A stretch of DNA of 64,000 bases from the human T2T-CHM13v2.0 reference genome, Homo sapiens. The stretch lies in assembly GCF_009914755.1 (NCBI RefSeq), contig NC_060931.1, one strand, 5' to 3'. The position numbers and the translations under genes were made by a program. The notes beneath the pieces are model-generated. The model made no database searches, had not been told where the DNA came from, and saw nothing but the letters and a program-made list of their open reading frames with translations. This document shows, piece by piece, positions 44,140-61,221 of the stretch. The first letter of the stretch is position 1; each line of letters starts with the position of its first letter.

Positions 44140-45689
44140 ATAATTCTTAAGACATTATCTCAAAAGAATAAGCTAGAATTACTTGTGCACATTATTTGGA
44201 AGGAAATGGCTAAAGATGGCATGTTGTCTTTGTGTAATGTATACATGTAAGATTCCCTATTTAATAGTTTGAGAGACTTAAATATTTTATTGCTAAAATA
44301 CTATGGTTAAATATACATGTCACTAAATGCTAATATCTGTCAAAACATTCATTATAAAAAATTGTCTTTTGACATTTTAAGGTATCACCAATTTCCATTT
44401 GAAGAATTTATCATTAAAATTTCATGGGGAGGCAGCAGGGTCTGGGAATTAAATATGGTACAAGATGCCACAGACTGAGTTTCTACCCAAACTCTCCACC
44501 ATAGTCACTGACTATGTACTAGCAGAAAGAGTCTATATGGAATTGTAAAATACACTGAAATTACAGTGTTTGAAAAGTGCCTAAGATAATGTGTTCTCTG
44601 AAAAGAGAAATCAATCATGTATAACTGTTACCTACTGGAATAAATAGGCTTAGTCACTACTCAGACCTTAATGTTATCTCAGTATACAATGTAATTTAAT
44701 ATTATCCCTTAATAATAATACTTAAGTAGTTGCCCGTGAATATATGAGCCTTATTATTTCATTGTAATTCAACCAGTAGCATCCAGAATTGTAAAAGGAC
44801 AGGTGGATGGATGAATGGAGCGATGAGAGAATACCCTCCCCTCTACCTACCACTGCCTTCCTCTTTCATCCTTTCTAGAATTCAGAAGTGATGGCTGGAG
44901 CTCAGCAGCAGCCATAGAAACTGACATATAAACTTTAGAAGCCTTTAGGACTAAAAGTTCATGCTCCAAGGATGGCAGGGCTGGAAGACAGGAGGAGCTC
45001 TGGGCCTCTTAAGAGTGGGAGAAAGCCAAATGGATTTCGTTACATGCAGTTAAATTTAGCCCCAACCAATACACACTATGTGTCCAGTATTCACCTTATC
45101 TTTCCACCACATCATTTGAGTCATCACTTGCAAGTCTTTCAAAAGTTTTCATAAATATTAAAGTACAGAAAGACATCAACACATGCCTTGATAGTCTATG
45201 GCCTTGTGTCCATCTGGATGCTTTAAGAAATATTTTGAATTCTTATTTTTTAAGTAAATGCTAACGACATGGTAATCGTTTTTATAGATTTCCAATGAAG
45301 GGTGAGGTGCTTTGACAGCTGTCAGCGGAGTGTCAAACAGACTGTGGCAGTGAAAGATGAGGAGATTTAAAAGCCTTTATTCTTAGTGGCCTTAATTTCA
45401 TCTGATACTAAGTAGCTAAAACTTGGCATCCACTGAGGAAAAGTGTTATTCTTCCCCATAACTCCTCTACCTATTCTTTCTTCCCTGCCTCAGATTTCCC
45501 AAGCTTCTCTCAGTTGTGTTCAGAGTTGGCCCCAGTTTAAGATATGATGCTGCCCTAGACTATGTGACAACCTCAACTGAATCTCTAAGTACCTATCCTT
45601 TCTAATATCTCATTTAATGGTACCCAGAATATTAAGTCATATTAGGACAAAGAGCCTATGATGCCTAGGAAGTTACTGGGCTTGCTCGG

Positions 45690-46550
45690 TGTGGTTGAAG
45701 GAATTCTGAGATGGTCCCTGTGATTTCCACCCACTGAATATAGCTCCCCTCTCCTTGAGTACAGGTAGAACCTGTGACTTGATTCTAACCAATAGAAGAC
45801 AGAAATGGTGAAGGAGGCCAGGAGCAGTGGCTCGCGCCTTAATTCCAGCACTTTGGGAGGCCGAGGCGGGCGGATCATCTGAGGTCAGGAGTTCGAGACC
45901 AGCCTGGTCAACATGGAGAAACCTCACCTCTACTAAAAATACAAAAATTAGCTGGGCATGGTGGTGCGCACCTGTAATCCCAGCTGGGGAGGCTGAGGCA
46001 GGAGAATCACTTGAACCCAGGAGGCGAAGGTTGCAGTGAGCTGAGATTGCACCACTGCACTTCAGTCTGGGTGACTGAGACTCTACCTCAAAAAAAAAAA
46101 AAAATAAGGTGAAAGAATATCCCTCTCATGATTATATTGTTACATTACGTGAGTCTGTCTTAGCAGTCTGAGTGTGAGGGCCTTGAAGAAGAAAAAAACC
46201 ATGTTATAAGCAGCCTACAGAAAGCATCTCATGGTAAAGACCTAAAGGCAGTCTCTAAGTCCCCAGACTGTAAAAAGCCAGGGCCCTCTCTTATACAGTC
46301 CATAGCCCCAAAGAAATGAATTCTTCCAATAACCTAAATAAGCTTGGAAATGGATTCTTCCCTGGTCAAGCCTCTGGATAACAACACAGCCCAGTTGACA
46401 CTTTGATTATAGCCTTGTGAGACACGGAGCAGAGGACCCAACTAAGTCAGCCATGATTCCTGACCCACAGAATTGTGAGATAGTAAATACGGCTTGTTTC
46501 AAGCCACTACGTTTGTGGTAATTTGTGAGGCATCACAAAAAAACTAACAC
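45690..46550 (+). mobile_element. MaLR LTR (MLT1E/F-like) interrupted by Alu
   Basis: tgtggttg...aattctgagatggtccc; ...aagccactacgtttgtggtaatttgt...ctaacac. Confidence 0.75.
45816..46104 (+). mobile_element. Alu (AluSp/Sx-like)
   Basis: Full dimer, catggagaaacc, A tail. Confidence 0.93.
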
Positions 46551-47734
46551 CCCGTAAGCCTCCCTTGCTTTCACCTGATCTGGGACCCATTGCCCCAGTG
46601 TTGGTTTTTTCACTTAATTGAAGCCATTCTGAATCTCAGGAGCTCTAGTCCACAGCACTGAAGTTTCAGCTTTGGTCATTTTTCTTTCAAAGCACCACTA
46701 CTTGCCACCATCCCAAACCCGCATATACTGCCTTGTAGATTTTACCTTGCTTTGGTGAATCTCATTTTTCCAAATATTCAGGCCGTAACTACTGCAATCC
46801 CCGTAGTCCTCACAAAGATTGGCACAAATACTGTTTGACCAGTAGTCAGATATTACCCATAGCCAGGTGTCCTGGTCAATAACCTCCTGCCAGCCTAGAT
46901 TCCCCAAAATATTTCCCCAACACTCTGGCATCTCCAGTGCTTTGCATCACTACCTCTCACCTTATCAGAAGCTCTCCAGTGTTCATGGGTTTACCTGAAC
47001 TCTAACTTGAGGTTAGCATCTGTTGGATATTGGACTTTCTTACCTGGTCATTTCCTTCAATTTTGCCTTTCTTATACATTTCAAAACCAAAACAGAACTC
47101 CACTCATTAATTCTAAGAAATAAAAGCAAATTCAGTATTAAATGCTTATTAATGTGGCCATGATACTAGTATTCCTATGTACTGATATAGTATGTATAAT
47201 TTAATTTTGTATGTGTTCAATTTTGGGGAAACTGGAATGCACTATAACATCAAATGAATATTTGCAGTATATTTATATCCATTTTATAGATTTTGCAACA
47301 GCTTTTTCAAAAACAGATATAAATTATTTTTAACAGACCTAAATTATTATGAAGGGTTACAGTTAAGGAATCTGTTTTGTTTTATGACATGTTGTACACA
47401 TATTTTACACATATCACACTTCTGTTATACATGAGGCGATCTTGAATAGGCCATTCTGAAATGACCATTTATTACAAAATTCATACAGAAAAAATATTAT
47501 TCACCCTAACCTATCATAGTGTAGTTTTTAGAAATGAACTGCAGTGAAAATGGAATATTTACTATATCATATATAATGCAGTATATATTATAGCATTTAC
47601 TGCCCCTAATAGCAAATTACTATCACTTTTAGCAATAATAGCTAGCATCTACCAACTATTTAGTGCTTACTAAGTGTCAAGCATTATTTTAAATGCTTTA
47701 CATATATTATCTCATTAAATCTTGGGAAACATGA

Positions 47735-48074
<340 letters not shown>

Positions 48075-48252
48075 TAAAGATGAGAAACTAGATTAAAGAC
48101 ACTAGATAAATTTTTAAAGATCACAAAATTGCAAACCAGGATTTAAACTCAGGCTGCTCTAACACCAGATTTCCTATCCTATTACGGTATATTAGCTCTA
48201 ATTTGATTTCTATATGTGTATAGTCAAATAAATTGTGTTGCTGAATGGTTTC

Positions 48253-48560
48253 CTTTTTTTTATTTTTATTTTTTTTCTTGAGACAGTGTCTCACTCTGTC
48301 ATCTAGACTGGAGTGCAGTGACATGCTCACTGCAGCCTCGACCTCCCAGGCTCAAGCAATCCTTCTACCTCAGCCTCCCTAGCTGGTAGGACTACAGGTG
48401 CATGCCACTATCCCAGCTAATTTTTTTTTTTGTATGTTTTGTAGAGACGGATTTTCACCGTGTTGCCCAGGCTGATCTCGAACTCCTGGACTCAAGTGAT
48501 CCACCTGCTTAGGCCTCCCAAAGTGCTGGGATTATAAGTGTGGGCCACTACACTTGGCCC
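48253..48560 (-). mobile_element. AluJ
   Basis: Perfect TSD ctgaatggtttc at 48241-48252 and 48561-48572. Confidence 0.92.
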
Positions 48561-48799
48561 CTGAATGGTTTCTAAAATCTTGTTGAACGGTCGCACTTGT
48601 GACAAATTTGGAATACAAATTTGGATTTTATTTTGGCTCATATATTATTTGGCTTTAATGTATATACATATACATGTTCACAGAAATTTTTGAATAAGTG
48701 GTTACTTATGAACAAAAAGAAAAACTAAATATAAAATAGACAATACTTTCAGGGCAATGGCTAACATTAACCATGAATATTAATATTAAGATCTTAGTG

Positions 48800-49800
48800 C
48801 CTGGAATTACACTGAATTTGTAAACCAAATCATGGATAACTGACATCTTAACAATATGGAGCTTTGCTATCCAAGAACACGGTATATTTTCCAATTTATT
48901 TAGGTCTTAAATTTCTTTCAACAATGTTTTGTAGTTCTCAGAATGTATTGCACATATTTTGTTAAATTCATCCCTTAGTTTTTCAAGGTTTTAATGCTAT
49001 TATAAATAATATGATTTAACATTTTCAATTTTCAATTGTTTATTGCTAGTATAGAGAAACAAATTAATTTTTTTGTATATTGACCTGTACTCTTCAACTT
49101 TACTAAACTTACATATTAGTTCTAGTATTTTTTAAATAAATTCCTTAATATTTTCTACATGTACAATCATGTTTTTAAAACTTTTACTTTTCCCTTCCTA
49201 ATCTGTATTCTCTCTCATTTCTTTTTCTTGTTGTACTGTACGGTCTAAAACCTTCAATACAACACTGAATTAAAGTAATGGGATCAGATAGCTTTACCTG
49301 GTTTTCTGTTTCAGAAAGAAATCATTTATGATGCTTTATAGCCATGAAGTCCTTTATAATTTATGAAAGCATCATGATTAACTATAATGTTGCTGTAGGT
49401 TTTTATAGGTACCTTTTTCAGAATGCGGAAGTTCCCTTATATGCCCAGTTTTCTCAGAATTTTTATTATGAATAGATATTGAGTTTTTTCAAATGCTTTT
49501 TCTGCATCAGTTGAAATTATCTTATGGTTTTGCTTTCTCATTATGTTAATATAAGTTACACTGACTTTTGAAAGTTAAACACCCTTGCATTCCAGAGATA
49601 ATCCCCATTTGGTAACAACATATTATCCTTTTTTTTAATGTATTGTTGGAATCAATCTGCTAATATTTTCATAAGGATCTTTGTGTCTACCTTCACTGGA
49701 GTATTGGTATGTAGTTTTTTTTTCTTGTATTGCTTTTGTTTAGTTCAGATGTCAAGCCAATTCTTGGCTTATCAAATGAGTTAGGGAGTTCTCCACAATT
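48800..49800 (-). mobile_element. Ancient L1M ORF2 fragment
   Basis: ORF 48706-48894 ENIPCSWIAKLHIVKMSV matches L1 ORF2 [17 protein letters not shown]. Confidence 0.8.
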
Positions 49801-50029
49801 TCTACTTTATTTCCCTACATACTCATCTCTCAGAGATAATTCCTTTTACTCAGTTTTTCGAAACCTCAGTTTGTAGCTCATTTATATTTTAAAATAGATG
49901 AATATACAAAATCAGTTTGCCTTGTAGAAATAATGTTGTAGAAGTATGAGCTATGAAAAGCAATGGGGAACAAAGAAATTCACAGTATCATTGGAAGCAG
50001 AATACTGTGTTCAGAAAACAAAACATTGA

Positions 50030-50441
<412 letters not shown>

Positions 50442-52441
50442 CAAGAGGGGATTTTTAAGGCTTTATGAGTTACTTACCAAATTCCTAATATTCTCAATTG
50501 ATTTTATAATTTCTAAGGAAAATTGTCAACATAACTATATTTGTTAACCATGCACAGTGGGGAAAAATCGCCAATTTAATGTGTGAATAACAACCTCCAG
50601 ATTGCTGAATAAGAAAAATTGAGCCTAAGTTACTTTAGGTTGAATAATTTCCCTTAGGAATATCACTCCTTCCTAACATTTCCAAATTTCTCTTACAATA
50701 CTGTCACACCTATTAAACAATGCAACTTTCCAATGCATGATGTAACTATAAGCTATTCTGAGCAATATTTGTAGTTCTCTTGTCTTAATTGCTGAGACTC
50801 TATCGTAACCATTTTGTTATGTGGTGAATTCTGCATCAAGGAGAAGCACTTCTGTGGCAGTGCTGCCTCAAACTGCCCTACCAGAAGTCAGGTGACAATA
50901 TGGAACATTAGACTGCATGGTAAGCTATTCATTAGACTGTTAACTTTGTCTGACCCAGTTTGTCAAGTGTTTGTGTTCTAAATGTCAATTCCTACTCACC
51001 TGGTTTTGCTAGACTAATAAGAAATTACCTTTTCCAAAGAAAAGAGAAGAAAGTAAGACTATCAGGAAAAGTAAACTCAGAAGTCTCTTGGGGGAAGAAT
51101 TAAGTACTGGTGAGAATCATCTTAATTACCCAGTTGGGAGGTTAGTGAGACTCTTTCTTCATCCTGTTTGTCTAATACTACCCCTCATTTTAAACTTGGC
51201 TACTTACCCTCATCCCACAGCATATGCCAAATCTAAGAAAACTTTCCAGCAAAGCATTTTCTTAGACCAGATGAAATCACCTCTGTTTGAAAAAAGTCAA
51301 TTCATATTATATAACTGAATGATAAAAAGTTAGTCATCATTTTTATATATGATCAGCTCATTATTATTATTTCCACCAGAAATAATCATAGAAAATTAAA
51401 AGGAGATTAAACTGGAAGCTTACTATCAATGTCATAAGAGATTTAGTGATGGAGGAATTTACAGCTACTAAGAAGAGAGTTTAAAATGATCTATAAATGT
51501 ATTTCATTCATGATGATCCATTACCAAAGATAATCAAGAGTTGGCTAAAATACCTCCAAAACCTCATCAAACAGTTATATTAGAGGAAAGAGACTGATAG
51601 TTTCTAGTATACTAGAATGTTTTAGGTGAACAAAGAGTAAACACATGATTATGTCTCAGACCAAAAAACAATGTGCAACTTTAAATGTACTGCATAGCAC
51701 TTTCCTTATTTACTATGAAACATATCTGCTTGCTGTGAACTGATTTGTCCAACCCCTAAGAGGTAGTTCCCCAGGTAATGAATTTTGCCAACATAATAAA
51801 AGATTATATGAAACGTCTTGAAATTAATCCAAAGGATGAAGCAGGTCAAAATATTTCATCTCATAAGTTTTAACTTTTATGTCAGTGCAGTCATTTTTTT
51901 AAATAATTTCAACTTTTATTTTAGATTCAGGTGGTACATATAAATGCTTCTTACATGGGTGTATTGCATGATGCTGAGGTTTGGGATATGAATGACCTGT
52001 CACCCAGATAACACTATCTGGGTGCATAGTACCCAAAAGTTAGTTTTTCAACCCTTCCTTCCCCTCCCTTTCCCCCTTCTATTAGTCCCCAGTGTCTATT
52101 CTTGCCATCTTTATGTCACTTATAAGTGAGAACAGGCGATATTTGGTTTTCTGTTCCTGTATTAATTTGCTTAGAATAATGGCCTCCAGCTGCATCCATG
52201 TTGCTGCAAAGGACATGATTTCATTCTTTTTATGGCTGCGTAGTATTCCATGGTGTATATGTACTACATTTTCTTTATCCTATGCATCATTGATGGGCAC
52301 CTAGGTTGATTCCTTCTCTTTGCTATTGTGAATAGCACTGTGATGAATATACAAGTGCACATGTCTTTTTGGTAGAATGATTTATTTTCTTCTAGATATA
52401 TACCCAGTAATAGGATTACTGGGTCAAATGGTAGTACTGTA

Positions 52442-52728
52442 TTTTAGAGATGGGGTCTTACTCTGTCATTTAAGCTGGAGTGCAGTGGTGCAATCCTGGC
52501 TCACTGCAGCTTTGAACCCCTGGGCTCAAGGGATCCTTCTGCCTCAGCCTCCCAAGTAGCTGGGACTATGAGCATGTGCCACCATGCCCAGCTAATTTCC
52601 TTATTATGTTGTAGAGATGAGGTCTAGCCATCTTGCCAAGGCTGGTCTTGAACTCCAGGGCCCCAGCAATCCTTCCACCTTGGTTTCCCAAAGTGCTGGG
52701 ATTACAGGCATGAGCCACTATGTCCAGC
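52442..52728 (-). mobile_element. AluJ inside old L1
   Basis: Diverged dimer, tgggctcaagggatccttc. Confidence 0.88.
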
Positions 52729-53551
52729 AGTAGTTCTAAGTTCTTTGAGAAATATCCAAACTGCTTTCCACAGTAGCTGAACTCATTTACATTACCACCA
52801 ACAGTGTATAAGCATTGCCTTTACTCTGCAGCCTCACCAGCATCTGTTGTTTGACTTCACAATAATAACCATTTTGACTGGTGTGAGATGATATCTCACT
52901 GTGGTTTTGATGTGCATTTCTCTGATGACTGGTGATGCTGAGCATTTTTTCATGCTTGTTGGCTACTTGTATGTCTTCTTTCAAGAAGTGTCCATGTCTT
53001 TTGCCCACTTTTTAATGGGGTTGTTTTTGCTTGTTGATTTCCTTAAGTTCCTTATAGATTCTGAATATTAGATCTTTGTCAGGTGCATAGGTTGTGAATA
53101 TTTTCTCTTATTCTGTAGGTTGCCTGCTTACTCTATTGATAGTTTCTTTTGCTGTGCAGATGCTCCTTAGTTTAATTAGGTCCCACTCGTCAATTTTTGT
53201 TTTTGCTGTAATTTTTTTGAGGACTTGGTCATAAATTCTTTCCCAAGGTTGATACCCAGAATGATGTTTCCTTGGCTTTCTTCTAGGATTTTTACAGTTT
53301 GAGGTGTTACACTTAAATTTTTTTTTTTTTAATTTTTTTTTTTTTTATTATACTCTAAGTTTTAGGGTACATGTGCACATTGTGCAGGTTAGTTACATAT
53401 GTATACATGTGCCATGCTGGTGCGCTGCACCCACTAACGAGTCATCTAGCATTAGGTATATCTCCCAATGCTATCCCTCCCCCCTCCCCCGACCCCACCA
53501 CAGTCCCCAGAGTGTGATATTCCCCTTCCTGTGTCCATGTGATCTCATTGT

Positions 53552-57394
<3,843 letters not shown>

Positions 57395-57442
57395 TTATTT
57401 TGCTCATTAGTTGATGCAGTTTCTTCCTAGTCTCAATGGTCT

Positions 57443-58459
57443 TTACATTTTGGCATGATTTTGCAGCGGCTGGTACCGGTTGTTCCTTTCCATGTTTAGC
57501 GCTTCCTTCAGGAGCTCTTTTAGGGCAGGCCTGGTGGTGACAAAATCTCTCAGCATTTGCTTGTCTGTAAAGTATTTTATTTCTCCTTCACTTATGAAGC
57601 TTAGTTTGGCTGGATATGAAATTCTGGGTTGAAAATTCTTTTCTTTAAGAATGTTGAATATTGGCCCCCACTCTCTTCTGGCTTGTAGGGTTTCTGCCGA
57701 GAGATCCGCTGTTAGTCTGATGGGCTTTCCTTTGAGGGTAACCCGACCTTTCTCTCTGGCTGCCCTTAACATTTTTTCCTTCATTTCAACTTTGGTGAAT
57801 CTGACAATTATGTGTCTTGGAGTTGCTCTTCTCGAGGAGTATCTTTGTGGCGTTCTCTGTATTTCCTGAATCTGAACGTTGGCCTGCCTTGCTAGATTGG
57901 GGAAGTTCTCCTGGATAATATCCTGCAGAGTGTTTTCCAACTTGGTTCCATTCTCCACATCACTTTCAGGTACACCAATCAGACGTAGATTTGGTCTTTT
58001 CACATAGTCCCATATTTCTTGGAGGCTTTGCTCATTTCTTTTTATTCTTTTTTCTCTAAACTTCCCTTCTCGCTTCATTTCATTCATTTCATCTTCCATT
58101 GCTGATACCCTTTCTTCCAGTTGATCGCATCGGCTCCTGAGGCTTCTGCATTCTTCACGTAGTTCTCGAGCCTTGGTTTTCAGCTCCATCAGCTCCTTTA
58201 AGCACTTCTCTGTATTGGTTATTCTAGTTATACATTCTTCTAAATTTTTTTCAAAGTTTTCAACTTCTTTGCCTTTGGTTTGAATGTCCTCCCGTAGCTC
58301 AGAGTAATTTGATCGTCTGAAGCCTTCTTCTCTCAGCTCGTCAAAATCATTCTCCATCCAGCTTTGTTCTGTTGCTGGTGAGGAACTGCGTTCCTTTGGA
58401 GGAGGAGAGGCGCTCTGCGTTTTAGAGTTTCCAGTTTTTCTGTTCCGTTTTTTCCCCAT
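57443..58459 (-). CDS. L1 ORF1p RNA-binding chaperone, 338 aa
   Basis: Full-length; REKG, ARR and YPAKLS motifs intact. Confidence 0.97.
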   Translation of the reverse strand: MGKKRNRKTGNSKTQSASPPPKERSSSPATEQSWMENDFDELREEGFRRSNYSELREDIQTKGKEVENFEKNLEECITRITNTEKCLKELMELKTKARELREECRSLRSRCDQLEERVSAMEDEMNEMKREGKFREKRIKRNEQSLQEIWDYVKRPNLRLIGVPESDVENGTKLENTLQDIIQENFPNLARQANVQIQEIQRTPQRYSSRRATPRHIIVRFTKVEMKEKMLRAAREKGRVTLKGKPIRLTADLSAETLQARREWGPIFNILKEKNFQPRISYPAKLSFISEGEIKYFTDKQMLRDFVTTRPALKELLKEALNMERNNRYQPLQNHAKM

Positions 58460-59353
58460 CTTTGTGGTTTTATCTACTTTTGGTCTTTGATGATGGTGAT
58501 GAACAGATGGGTTTTCGGTGTAGATGTCCTTTCTGGTTGTTAGTTTTCCTTCTAAGAGACAGGACCCTCAGCTGCAGGTCTGTTGGAATACCCTGCTGTG
58601 TGAGGTGTCAGTGTGCCCCTGCTGGGGGGTGCCTCCCAGTTAGGCTGCTCGGGGGTCAGGGGTCAGGGACCCACTTGAGGAGGCAGTCTGCCCGTTCTCA
58701 GATCTCCAGCTGCGTGCTGGGAGAACCACTGCTCTCTTCAAAGCTGTCAGACAGGGACACTTAAGTCTGCAGAGGTTACTGCTGTCTTTTTGTTTGTCTG
58801 TGCCCTGCCCCCAGAGGTGGAGCCTACAGAGGCAGGCAGGCCTCCTTGAGCTGTGGTGGGCTCCACCCAGTTCGAGCTTCCCGGCTGCTTTGTTTACCTA
58901 AGCAAGCCTGGGCAATGGCGGGCGCCCCTCCCCCAGCTTCGTTGCCGCCTTGCAGTTTGATCTCAGACTGCTGTGCTAGCAATCAGCGAGATTCCGTGGG
59001 CGTAGGACCCTCCGAGCCAGGTGTGGGATATAGTCTCGTGGTGCGCCGTTTCTTAAGCCGGTCTGAAAAGCGCAATATTCGGGTGGGAGTGACCCGATTT
59101 TCCAGGTGCGTCTGTCACCCCTTTCTTTGACTCGGAAAGGGGACTCCCTGACCCCTTGCGCTTCCCAGGTGAGGCAATGCCTCGCCCTGCTTCGGTTCGC
59201 GCACGGTGCGCACACACACTGGCCTGCGCACACTGTCTGGCACTCCCTAGTGAGATGAACCCGGTACCTCAGATGGAAATGCAGAAATCACCCGTCTTCT
59301 GCGTCACTCACGCTGGGAGCTGTAGACCGGAGCTGTTCCTATTCGGCCATCTT
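58460..59353 (-). promoter_or_regulatory. L1 5'UTR internal sense and antisense promoter; CpG-rich; YY1 motif GGCCATCTT at 59345-59353
   Basis: High CpG density relative to the window; known L1HS 5'UTR architecture. Confidence 0.88.
58915..59130 (+). CDS. L1 ORF0, antisense 71-aa ORF
   Basis: GCAATGG Kozak context; MAGAPPPASLPPCSLISDCC...RCVCHPFL*. Confidence 0.85.
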   Translation: MAGAPPPASLPPCSLISDCCASNQRDSVGVGPSEPGVGYSLVVRRFLSRSEKRNIRVGVTRFSRCVCHPFL

Positions 59354-60873
59354 CGTATGACTCTTGTAGATAACCTACACTTAAATTTTTAATCCATCTT
59401 GAGTTGATTTTGTATATGGTGAAAGGTAAGGGTTCAGTTTCTTTCTTTTGCACATGTCTAGCCAGTTACCCCAGCACCATTTATTTAATAGGGAGTCCTT
59501 TCCCCATTGCTTATTTTTGTTGGCTTTGTCAAAGATCAGATGGCTGTAGGTATACAGTTTGATTTCTGGGTTCTCTATTCTGTTCCATTGGTCTACATGT
59601 CTGTTTTTGTACTAGTACCATGCTCTTTTGGTTACTGTGGACTTACATTACTAGTTTGAAGTCAGGTAATGTGATGCGTCTGACTTTGTTCTTACAGCTT
59701 GGGATTGTTTTGGCTATTCGGGCTCTTTTTCTGTTTCCATACGAATTTTAAAATAGATTTTTCTGATTCTGTGAAAAATGATATTGGTAGTTTGATAGGA
59801 ATAATACTGAATCTGTAAATTGCTTTGGGCAGTACGGTATTTTCAGGATATTAATTCTTCCAATCAATGAGCATAGGATGTTTTTCCATTTGTTTGTGTC
59901 ATCTCTCATTTCTTTTAGCAGTGTTTTATAGTTCTCCTTGTAGAGATCTTCTATCGCCTTGGTTGGGTGTATTTTTAGGTGTTTTTTTTTTTTTAGTTTT
60001 TGTTTGTTTTTGTTTTGGTGTGTGGCTATTGTAAATGGGATTGTGTTCTTGCTTGGGCCCTCAGCTTGAATATTACTGGTGCACAGAAATGTTACTGATT
60101 TTTGGACATTGATTTTGTACTCTGAAACTTTATGGAAGTCATTTATCAGTTCCAGGAGGCTTTAGGGTTTTCTAGGTATACAATCATATCATCAGTGAAA
60201 AGAGAAGTTCGACTTCTTCTTTTCCTATTTTGGATGACTTTTATTTCTTTCTTTTGCCTGATGGCTCTGGCTAGGAATTCCAGTACCATGTTGAACAGGA
60301 GTAGTGAGAATGGGCATCCTTGTCTTGTTCCATTTCTCAAGGGGAATGCCTCCTGTTTTTACTCATTCAGTATGATGCTGTCTGTGGGTCTGTCATAGAT
60401 GGCTCATATTATTTTGATGTATTTTCCTTTAATGCCTAGTTTCTTCAGGGTTTTTCTCATGAAGAGATGTTGGATTTTATTGAAGGCTTTTTCCAAATCT
60501 ATTGAGATGATCACATGGTTCTTTTTAATTCTGTTGATGTGGTGAATCACATTTATTGACTTGCGTATGTTGAACCAAACTTGCATCCTAGGAATGAAGC
60601 CTACTTGATTGTGGTGAATTAACTTTTTGATACACTGTTGGATTTTGTTTGCTAGTATTTTGTTGAGGATTTTCCACCTTAACATAGATAAGCATAGGCA
60701 ATGAGTTTCTCAGGGATAATGGCCTAAAGTTTTCTTTTTTCATTGGGTCTTTACCAGGTTTTGGTATCAGGATGATGCTGGTTTCATAGAATGAGTTAGG
60801 GAAGAATTCCTCCTCCTCAACTTCCTTTTTTTAATAGTTTCAGTACAATTGGTACCAGGTCTTACTTGTATGA

Positions 60874-61221
<348 letters not shown>

